Notes under the pieces: model-generated | The model's input: only the letters and a program-made list of their open reading frames with translations | What the model was told of the DNA's origin: nothing | The model's database searches: none | NCBI RefSeq assembly: GCF_016432865.1 | Contig: NC_067403.1 | Coordinates: forward strand, 257,362,001-257,426,000 | DNA length: 64,000 nt | DNA from: Antechinus flavipes | Taxonomy: Eukaryota | Direction of reading: 5' to 3' | Shown here: in pieces, positions 24,446 through 34,200 of the stretch | Position numbering within the stretch: position 1 is the first letter of the stretch | Layout of the letters: each line of letters starts with the position of its first letter | Made by a program: the position numbers and the translations under genes

Positions 24446-24645
24446 GAGGGTGTCTACACCGAGCAGGCAAAGGCGTCCCCCGGCAGGGTGGGTGAGCGTT
24501 AGAGCCATGGCCGAGCTGGGGTGTCTACACCGAGCAGGCGAAGGCCGAAGGTGTCCCCTGGCTGAGCTGGGGGTGTCTACACTGAGCAGGTGAAGGCCGA
24601 AGGTGTCCCCCGGCCGAGCTGGGGGTGTCTACACCGAGCAGGCGC
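24446..24645. repeat. ~45-nt tandem repeat x4-5 (gagctggggtgtctacaccgagcaggcgaaggccgaaggtgtcccc)
   Basis: gtgtctacac recurs at ~24450, 24521, 24574, 24625. Confidence 0.85.
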
Positions 24646-24839
24646 CCCCCCCCCGGCAGGATGAGCTGATGTGGACAACTTATTTCAGTAGCTAAAGGAC
24701 GCTGGGGACTTTGCAAGTCTGCCCCACTCAAATCCAATTCGTTCACAAACGGAAACATCGCCCTTGGTTGTGAGTGATGAAATGAAGGCAAACCCACAAT
24801 TAAGCACCTCGTTTGTGCCAAGTCCTTTCCAAAAGTACC

Positions 24840-26200
24840 TTAGGAACCAAAACAATGAAACTGAAACTGCCCATCTTTTGACCCGGCAATTCTCCTATTA
24901 GGTTCATCCTCCAAAGAGATCAAAGAAAGACCCATGTGGACAAGGTTCATAAGAGTTCTTGCGATGGCAAAGAATGGAGCATCGTGGGGAAGCCATCAGC
25001 TGCGGGGCAAGTGAACAAGTTGTGGGACGTGATTGCAGGGGACACGCTTTTTTTTTTGTTTTTTTTTGGCTATCCATGTACATTCCTTTTTTTACACATT
25101 TGCTTATGAATCATGTTAGGAGAGAAAAGAAAAAAACAGAAGAGGAAAAAAAGAAAAAGGGGAGAAAAGAACATAACATATATTGGTTTACCTTCAGACT
25201 CCTCCCTAGTTCTCCCTCTGCATGAGGTTTTCCACGTAACCACTCTGGGAACAATCCCTTCTTTTTCTGACCTGAGAAGGCTCGTTTTAGTTTTATACTT
25301 TTATACACAGATGAAGAAAAGAAAAGGTTCTTTTCACTTCTGTTTGCTTAAGATTAAATCTATTATAGTAATCGGAGCTAAATTTTCAGGAAGTTTTTTT
25401 TTTTTAATTTTAATACACATTGCTTCCCTGAATCATGTTGGAAGAGAAAAATCAGAACAAAAGGGAAAAACCATGGGAGAGATAAACAAAAAAAAAGGAA
25501 CAGAGCATGTGTTGACTTATATTCCATCTCCATAGTAGTTTTTCTGGTTGCAGATGGCGTTTTCTAGCTAAAGTCTATCGGGATTGCTTTGGATCATGGG
25601 TCCGTTGAGAAAAGAACCAAGTCTTTCATAGTTGATCATCACATAATCTTGTTGTTACTGTGTATAATGTATTCCTGCTTCGGCTTGCTTCAGTCAGCAT
25701 CACTTCATATAAATCTTTCCAGAGCTTTTAAAAATCATGTTATTTTCATAATTTCTTATTTTTTATAGAACACTAATATTCCATTACTTTCATATACCAT
25801 AACTTATTCAGTAATTTCCCAATTGGTGGACATCTACTCATTTTCCAATTCTTTGCTTCCACAAAAAGAGCTGCTGCAAACATTTTGGCATATGTGGGTC
25901 CCTTGCCCTCCTTTATGATCTCCTTGGATATTGATCCAATAATGGTACTGTTGGATCAAAGGGCATGACACTTTGGACATAGTTCGAAATTGCTCTCCAG
26001 AATGGCTGGATCATTTCACAAGTCCATCAACAGTGCATCAGTGTCCCAGTTTTCCCACATCTCTCCAACATTCATCATTATCCTTTTCTTGTCATTTTAG
26101 TCAATCTGAGAGTTGGGAAGTGGGTACCTCCAAGTTATTTTAAATGGCATTTCTCTAATCAGTAATGATTTTTTCATATGACTATGGATAGCTTTAATTT
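24840..26200. mobile_element. Cluster of L1 3'-region fragments (short + strand piece ~24840-24960; - strand piece ~25050-26200)
   Basis: ttttgacccggcaattctcctattagg..ccaaagagatcaaag (sense); aaaatcagaacaaaagggaaaaacc, ccataacttattcag, gcatttctctaatc (antisense L1 3' region). Confidence 0.7.
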
Positions 26201-27112
26201 ATTTTTGTTATTTTTTTATTTTATTAAAGCTTTTTATTTACAAAACAGATGCATGGGTAGTTTTTCTTTTTTCTTTTTTTTTTTTTTTTGCATGGGTAGT
26301 TTTTCAACCTTGACCCTTGCAATGCCTTCTGTTCCAAATTATCCCCTCCCTTGATTTCTTTTTATTTTTACTTTGTTATTTTTTTATTAAAGCTTTTTAT
26401 TTACAAAACAGTTGCATGGGTAGTTTTTCAACCTTGACCCTTGCAACGCCTTCTGTTCCAAATTATCCCCTCCCTTGATTTCTTTTTATTTTTATTTTGT
26501 TATTTTTTTTACTAAAGCTTTTTATTTACAAAACAGATGCATGGGTAGTTTTTCAACCTTGACCCTTGCAACGCCTTCTGTTCCAAATTATCCCCTCCCT
26601 TGATTTCTTTTTTTTTTTTTTTTATTTTTTTTTTTTATTAAAGCTTTTTATTTACAAAACAGTTGCATGGGTAGTTTTTCAACCTTGACCCTTGCAATGC
26701 CTTCTGTTCCAAATTATCCCCTCCCTTGATTTCTTATTTTTATTTTGTTATTTTTTTATTTTATTAAAGCTTTTTATTTACAAAACAGTTGCATGGGTAG
26801 TTTTTCAACCTTGACCCTTGCAATGCCTTCTGTTCCAAATTATCCCCTCCCTTGATTTCTTATTTTTATTTTGTTATTTTTTTATTTTATTAAAGCTTTT
26901 TATTTACAAAACAGTTGCATGGGTAGTTTTTCAACCTTGACCCTTGCAACGCCTTCTGTTTCAAATTATCCCCTCCCTTGATTTCTTTTTCTTTTGTTAT
27001 TTTTTTTTTTAATTTTATTAAAGCTTTTTATTTACAAAACAGATGCATGGGTAGTTTTTCAACCTTGACCCTTGCAATTCCTTCTGTTCCAAATTGTCCC
27101 CTCCTTTAATTT
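26201..27112 (-). repeat. Tandem array of 7 copies (~126-nt period) of an L1 3' terminus with poly(T) tract
   Basis: ttattaaagctttttatttacaaaacag..gacccttgcaa..tgttccaaattatcccctccc at ~26221, 26384, 26510, 26636, 26761, 26888, 27015. Confidence 0.9.
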
Positions 27113-27129
27113 CTTTATGTGAAAATTGG

Positions 27130-27530
27130 TGGACACACTATTTTGTGCTTTAAGAAATGATCAAGGAAATGGTTTCCGAGAAACCTGAGATTTTTCATGA
27201 ACCGAAACAAAATGAGTAGAATCAGGAGAACAATTCATACGACAACCCATCTTGTAAAAATAATCAACTTTGCAAGACTTTGGTACTCTGGCCAACCAGA
27301 CCTGCAGAGAACTCTTGACGAAACTTACTGTTCACCTCCTGATAGCGATAAACTCGAGTGCAGACTGCGATGTTCATTTTTAGACATATACAATTGGGGA
27401 AATTGTTTTGCTCAACCGTGCACGTTTATGGTGGGAGTTTTGTCTTTCTTGCTCTCTTCATAGGGGAAGGAAAGTGAGATGGAGAGAATAGGGAATCTTC
27501 ATTTGAAAAAAATAATTAAAATGAAAACAA
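27130..27530 (+). mobile_element. L1 3' end fragment
   Basis: ctttaagaaatgatcaagg..aatgagtagaatcaggagaaca.. ending in A-rich tail aaaaaataattaaaatgaaaac. Confidence 0.7.
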
Positions 27531-27863
27531 ACACAGGCCTGACCGGGTCATGCCCCCACTCGTGAAACTCTAGAATCCGACTCAAAACGTGGATTCCCAA
27601 TACCTTCCTTCACACACCCATTGATCTGCTCAAGCTGTCCATAGCGTTCTACAGGTACAACGCCCCACTTCCCATCTCTCCCTTTTTCTCCGACCATCCG
27701 CCGTGCTTGAACCGCCCTCCACCTTCACTTGTTTCTTAGTGATCAGAACGAGACTCAGCGACCTATTCCCCACAAGAAATGCCACATGAAGTCTTTCCTT
27801 ATCCCTCCACCCCAGCTGTGGGCATCCCCCCTTCACTTTGGAATCAGCTATAGAATCGTCTCA

Positions 27864-27865
<2 letters not shown>

Positions 27866-27902
<37 letters not shown>
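27866..27902. repeat. (CA)n microsatellite
   Basis: Read directly. Confidence 0.95.
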
Positions 27903-27904
<2 letters not shown>

Positions 27905-27934
27905 CTGTTTACGTGTATCGGCTTATAGGATTCG

Positions 27935-28300
27935 AGATCTAGAACTGGAAGAGCTTGTCTAGCCCAACCTCGTTTTATAAATGAGGAAACTAGAGACCTA
28001 GAGAGGCGAAGGGACTTGTCCAGTGTCACACAACATCAGTTATAGAATCTGAAACCAGGTCTTACATGTTGTCTCCAATGTGTTCTGACCACTAAGAACA
28101 AACATTTATTAAGCACTTACTGTATGCCAGGTACTTTACAATTACTAGCCCATTGGATCCTCACAACAACCTTGTTGTACTTTGATTATTCCCATTTTAC
28201 AGATGAGGAAACGGAGGCAATTTGCCCAGGGTTACATAAACAGTATCTCAGGATGAATTGGAACCCTGGTCTTACTGACTGTGCTTTATCCAATGTGGCG
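27935..28300 (-). mobile_element. MIR/CORE-SINE fragments plus an L2 tail
   Basis: ttttataaatgaggaaactagag..acttgtccagtgtcacac; cccattttacagatgaggaaacggaggc..gcccagggttac. Confidence 0.75.
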
Positions 28301-29929
28301 TCCCCTGGATGCTCCTAAGGCACTTTTCCAAGAAGACTCGAGGAGTTAAGGTGGGACTGGGATCTTCTCATTCTAACCCAGTCACTTTCCACGTCCCCGG
28401 CGGCCTGTAGTCAATCCTCTCTGTGCAGATGACCTCGGCAAAGGTCACACCCAAAGCTGACCCCCCTTCCCCTCCCACTCCACCTCCCACACTCTGTCAA
28501 GCAATCAGCAAACACTGATTAAGCACCTACTATGGGCTGGAGATCAAGATCCAAGGGAACCGCAGTGGGCTTTCCACCTTCGCTTCTCTTCTCAGGGGGA
28601 ACCACAGGCCCCATAAGGAAAACAAATGGTGCTTTTGCCACGCCCGGGCTCCCAGCCACCCAGAGATTTGGGCTCCGAAGGCCGAGTCCCTCTCAAGCCC
28701 ACTCAGGAGGTGTCTACGAGGCGTTTGTGAAACGTAACAGAGCGCGTGCCTTCCTCCATCTCAGGGGGGGGGGGGCAGACCTGGCTGTCCCGAGACCTCG
28801 CTGACAAGAGCCGCACATTTCGGGTGCCCCCGAGAGAGCTTCCCAAGCAGGAGCATCAGCCAGACTTGCTGAAAGGAGAGGAGGGGAGGAAAGGAGGGCG
28901 ACGAGAGAGGGGTGTCCGGCCATGAATAGGAAGGAGTCCCTGGGGGGGGGGGGAGAAGCCTGTGTGGTTTTGTTTCCCAGATAACCCCCACCCCAGTTCC
29001 AGCCCCTCTGCACCTCCAGGGCCTTGCCCAGAAGTAGGAGTCCAGGGAGATTTGGTTGACAGCTGAAGGGGATTTAGGGGAGCCTGGCGGCAAGCCTCCA
29101 GGAGTCTCCCCTCTCCTCGGAGGTCTTCGGTAGGGGAAGGCAGGCCTTTTGGGCAGGAGTAAGGCTAGATAAGGCTCCCTCCATTCTCTAGGCCCACCTG
29201 ATCTAGCCTCATTCAGCCCTCCATCTTGGGAGGGGTGGATGAGGACAGCAAAGAGCCTGAAAACTGGCTCAGTCCCTCGGTCAGAGGCTCACAGACTGAG
29301 AAGCGCAGGGATCCAGGATGTCACATTGTTCAACTTCTTTTGATTTACAGATGAGCAAACTGAGTCTTAGAAGCAGGATTTGAATCCAGGTCCTCTTCCA
29401 ATTTCAGTGTTCTTTTCAAAGCCCCCTTCTGTGATAGGCCTAATCAACACTTATTAAGCACCACATGTGTACACATGCATGCATGTATATGTACCAAAAA
29501 TCAACGTGGGGCAGCATTATGGGCACTCAGAGATGGAGGGATCAAGAAAAGCCTCACCTAAGGGGCGGCAGGAGCCAAGCCTTGGAGGATGAGGGGGGCT
29601 CCACCTGGGTATGGCGCCCAGCCAAGGAAAAGGCCGGGTGCAGAAAGGATGGGGAGTTCTGGGAAGGACCATCGGACTGGACTGTGGAGGCTGGAAAGGG
29701 GAGGAAGGTGCGATAAAGCTGGAGAGGCCGCTGGGAGGGGCTTGTATGCTCCCTCCCCCCCAGGCAGAGCTGGCCACCCTGCTGCGCCTCCTCCTGGCGG
29801 CCCTTTGGGATCACCCCCAGGGAGGAGAGACCCCTGCCCGCAGGGCTCTCCTGGGAAGCCTTTGTCAGCGCTGAGCTGGGAGGCCTGACTCGGGTCCTGG
29901 GGGCAGAGCATCTGGGGCTGGAGGAGACC

Positions 29930-31193
29930 TCTGACGTCACCACGTCCTGTCCCTTGTTTGGCAGATGAGGAAACTGAGGCTTGGGGGGGGGGGGGGCACG
30001 CCCAGAGTGACAGAGTGGTAAGGGCCGAGCAGGGCTTATGATGCGCTGGCCCCGGGGCCGCAGTGAGATCTGGGGCCTCGCCGGGGCCCAGAGCCGCGGG
30101 CCGGACGGAAGCTTGGGCCCAGGCTCCGGGCTCACAGGCACCGATTTCTCCCGCGCGGCTGGGCCTTCTCTGCCAAAGACCGGTCTGGCGGCCGTCCCTT
30201 CCTCTCCCCCCCGCCCCGGGAGGCTCTCCCCTCAGCCCCGCGCCCACCCCCAGCCCAAGCCCACGTCCGGGGCTTCCCCGCCAGGCCAAGTCCCGGCCCC
30301 CGCAGCCTGCGCCCTCGCCAGGTCCTCCGGCTTCTCGCCCGGCCGCGGCCCAGGCCCCTGCCCGGCTCGGCCGTCTCTGGGAGACCCCAGACCCAGCCCC
30401 GGGCCGGCCCTTCCGGGAGGCGCTGAATGAGGGCGCTGGGCGGGGGCGGGCAGCGCTTCCTTCTCCTCCTCCCTCAAGTCTGGGGCCCAGCAGAGGACCA
30501 ATGCCGCCGCCTGCTGGAGACAGGCGGACACGCACTGCAGCCAGGAACCCCCCGATCTTCCGGTCTCAGGGAGCCCAACCGGGTCGGGGCGCAGCCGGGC
30601 TGCCCCCACAGCCTCCCAGGCCCGCCTCTCCGGAGGGTCGGGGTTCTTGGTGGGCGGGGGCAGCCTCGGCTCTGGCTGGACCGACCCCCGAGCCAGGGGG
30701 ACTAGGAGAGCCCACTTTCCCTCCTCCAGCCGCACCCCACCGTTCGGGCTCCCTCCCCGCCCCAGCAAGGCTATAGCCTGTCAGGGGAACGCGCGGCAGA
30801 GCTCGCCCCCCGGCGGCGGACACGGGCAGGACGAGGGGGCGGGGGTCCGGGGGCCCCCGCCCCTTCCCGCCTCCCCTCGGCCCCTCCCCCTCCTCCCTCC
30901 TTCCCTGCGCGCGCCCTGACAGCCGGAGCCGCGTTGTCTCTGCGGGGCCGCTGCGGCTGCGGGGGCTGGGGGGCTGCGGGGCCGCTGCGGCTGCCGGGGC
31001 TGGGGGGCCGCGGAGCTGCCTCGGGGGCTCCGCCGCCCGGGACCCCCCGCCCGTCCAGGGTCAGGGTCAGGGTCAGGGCCGCCCAGCCGCGCCCCCGCCC
31101 CGTCTGGCTCCGCCCGCCCGCCCACCCGGCGGCCCCGCCGGGGATGCGGCGGAGGAGGCGGCGGAGGCGGAGGCCGCGGCTCTGAGGCCGAGC
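29930..31193 (+). promoter_or_regulatory. ANKRD13D CpG-island promoter/5' UTR
   Basis: CpG-dense, TATA-less; GC boxes (GGGCGGGG ~30438-30450); CRE TGACGTCA at 29932-29939. Confidence 0.75.
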
Positions 31194-31283
31194 ATGGCCG
31201 GCCCCGGCCCCACCTACCCGCTCCACCGGCTCGTCTGGGCCAACCAGCACCGGGAGCTGGAGGCCGCGCTGCACAGCCGCCAG
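31194..31283 (+). CDS. ANKRD13D: ANKRD13D exon 1 (coding)
   Basis: agcATGG; [30 protein letters not shown]|gtgagg. Confidence 0.96.
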
Positions 31284-34200
31284 GTGAGGGAGGCCCGCCG
31301 GGCCCTGACCGCCCCCGACCCCCAGCCCGGCGTCCCTCCCCCCCAGAAGCTCGCCCACCTGCGCCCCGCCCCTAGCGAGGGTCCCGACCGCCCCTCAGCC
31401 CGGCCCGGGGAAGCGGGAGCCCGGAGCCCGTCCCTCCCCTCCTCCCAGCCCGCTGACAACCGGACCCAGAGGTCTGGCGGAAAGGCCGGACCGGGCCGGG
31501 GAGTCCGCGTTCAAACTTTACATCCGTGGGGGCGGGCCCCGCAGCCCCCTCTGCACTCCGTCAGCGCCACGAGCCCGCCCCCCGCCGCCTCTCCGCTCGC
31601 TCCATCCCATCCCTCCGCGTTCCAGGTCCGGCTCCCGGACCGGGCTCCCCGGCCCCCTCCCCCTCCCTCAGCCGCCGGGCTCCATGATTCCTGGGCTATT
31701 TGACTTACTCGGCTGTGCGATCCCCCTGCCGGCCTCCCCCTGCGCCGTCCCCACTGCCCTGCCCCCGCTACCCTGCCGGCCTCCCCCTGCGCCGTCTCCC
31801 CCCTGTCATCCCCCCCCCTGCCCTGCCCCCCCTGCCCTACCGGGCCCCCCCTGCCTTGCCGTCCCCCCCCTGCCCTGCCGGCCCCCCCCCCGTCGTCCCC
31901 CCCCCCCCCCGCCCTGCCGGCCTCCCGCTGGGCCTCCCCTTCTCCAAGGCTTCCCTCCCTCCCGGCAGCACGACATCGAGCTGGTGGATCCCCGGGGTAG
32001 GACCCCCCTGGAGTTGGCCGTGTCCCTGGGGAACTTGGAGTCCGTCCGAGTCCTGCTGCGGCACAACGCCAACGTGGGCAAGGAGAACCGCCAGGGCTGG
32101 GCAGGTACCTGAGGGGGAAGCTGCGGGCCGAGCAGGGTGAGGGGGCCCCCTCCCCGGCCTGAGCCCCGCACCCTTTCCACCCTCCCCTCCTGCTTCTTCC
32201 CTGGACACCCCCTCCCCCAGCTGAGCCCGAGGGTGGCTGCAAGGGCTCCAGGGCGCTGGCTTGGAGTCAGATACTTGCTCGCTGTGTGACCCTGGCCGAG
32301 TGACTGACCCCTCTGGGGCTCGGCTTCCTCAGCTGTAAGAGGAGGGACCTTCTGGGCTCAAAAGCTGGCCTGAGAGCCAGGAGACCCAGCTTCCCCTGCT
32401 CGGCCCCCGGCTCAGGCCCCTGCCCGAGGCTCGGCTGCTTCCCAAGGCCTTCCAGCTTGGCCCCCCCCCCCCCCCCCCCCGCCGGGCTTCCTCCCCCAGT
32501 GTCTGACTGTTGAGACCTTCGGGGCACAGCTGGGATATCGGCGCTTTGTTCCCCCTCCTCAAAGCCCCCGCTCCCCTTCCTGGGTCTCCGTGGCCCTCCT
32601 CACATCCAGCCTAGGACTCTGCTCTCAGGACGGGGACGCGCGGGCAGCTGGGAGGGCCTCACGTGGCTGGGAGGGTCGTGGGCGTCAGGGACCCTTTGGG
32701 GGGGCGGAGCTCGGGGGGCGGCGACGGGATGGGCCCACCCTGCAGTCCTGCAGGAGGCCGTCAGTACCGGGGACCCTGAGATAGTGCAGCTGGTGTTGCA
32801 GTACCGGGACTACCAACGGGCCACCCAGAGGCTGGCGGGCATCCCTGAGCTCCTCAACAAGCTGTGCCAGGTACGGGTGCCAGCTGGGTGTGCTTGGGGC
32901 TCCTATTCCCCACTTTGCAGATGGGAAAACTGAGGCTCAGTGAGAGGTTAAGTCCCTTACTTAAAGCCATAGATCTTGGAGGTGTCCGGTTCTGACGGAC
33001 TGTTCCCTGAGAGCAGGTTTTGTTAGGAGAAATCATTAATTGCACGGGGACTGGTACTCACACTCACACTCATACACTCACACTCACACTCACTCTCTCA
33101 CACTCACACCTGCTCACACTCACACACACTCACACACTCTCACACTCTCACACTCTCACACTTACCCCCATCCCTGTAACATTTACAGAGCACTTCCCTT
33201 TCGCGCCCTCTGCGGCAGCCTGTTTTCCATTTTAGACCTGGGCAAACCGAGGCTCCCAGCAGCCTCCCTTGGCCAAAGTCCCCCGTTAGGGAGCCCATGA
33301 GGGCCCCCGCCCGGCCCCCAGTGTCCAGCTGCACCCGCTGCTCAGGCCGGGCAAGGTCAGGGGAAAGGCTGTGGCCCCCAGGGGGCAGGACTCGGGGCTC
33401 CTGCTGCTCACGGTTGTCGGGGGGGGGCAGCTCTGGACTCGAGCAGGGCCGGGGAAGCTGCCCCCCCCAGGGAACCACTAACCGGCCGCCTTGTCTGCCC
33501 CAGGCCCCCGATTTCTATGTGGAGATGAAGTGGGAATTCACCAGCTGGGGTAAGTGGGGAGGGGGGGAGGAGCCCCCGGCCCAGGGCAGGCCGGGCCAGC
33601 CGGTCAGTGTCGGGGCGGGCCACTCGCCAAGGCGGCCCTTTCTGGCCCCGCCCACAGTGCCCCTGGTGTCCAAGATGTGCCCCAGCGACGTGTACCGGGT
33701 GTGGAAGCGCGGCCAGAGCCTGCGGGTGGACACCAGCCTCCTGGGCTTCGAGCACATGACCTGGCAGCGGGGCCGGCGGAGCTACATCTTCAAGGGCCAG
33801 GGTGAGAGAAAGGGGGAGACTGAGGCGGGCCCGGCGTCCTTTGTCCTCGGGGACCTCGGGTCCTGACTCGAGCTCCCCGCAGAGGCCGGGGCCCTGGTGA
33901 TGGAGGTGGACCACGACCAGCAAGTGGTGCGCACGGAGACGCTGGCGCTGGCCCTGCACGAGCCCGAGGCGCTGCTGGCCGCCATGCAGCCCAGCGAGGA
34001 GCACGTGGCCAGCCGGCTCACCTCGCCCATCGTGTCCACCCACCTGGACACCCGCAACGTGGCCTTTGAGAGGTCAGCCCCGGACCGGGGGAGGGGGGCT
34101 GGCGGCCGGCTTTCCGGGAGCTCCAGGTGGGGGCAGCGGCGTCAGGAGGCCGGGTCCCCCGGCTCTGTGACCCCGGGGGAGGGACTTGATATTTCTGTGC

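Noticed and set aside
24446-27112. Regularly spaced repeats as a CRISPR-like array
   Set aside because: Units are contiguous tandem copies without unique spacers, in a mammalian genome with no cas genes.
29554-31358. Long overlapping ORFs in the ANKRD13D CpG island (similarly 40205-42369 at SSH3)
   Set aside because: CpG-island composition effect; only the spliced exons match known proteins.
32459-32482. Long C/G homopolymers here and at ~8795, ~9606, ~18056, ~43945
   Set aside because: Common in GC-rich DNA and lengths are unreliable in assemblies; no separate claim made.
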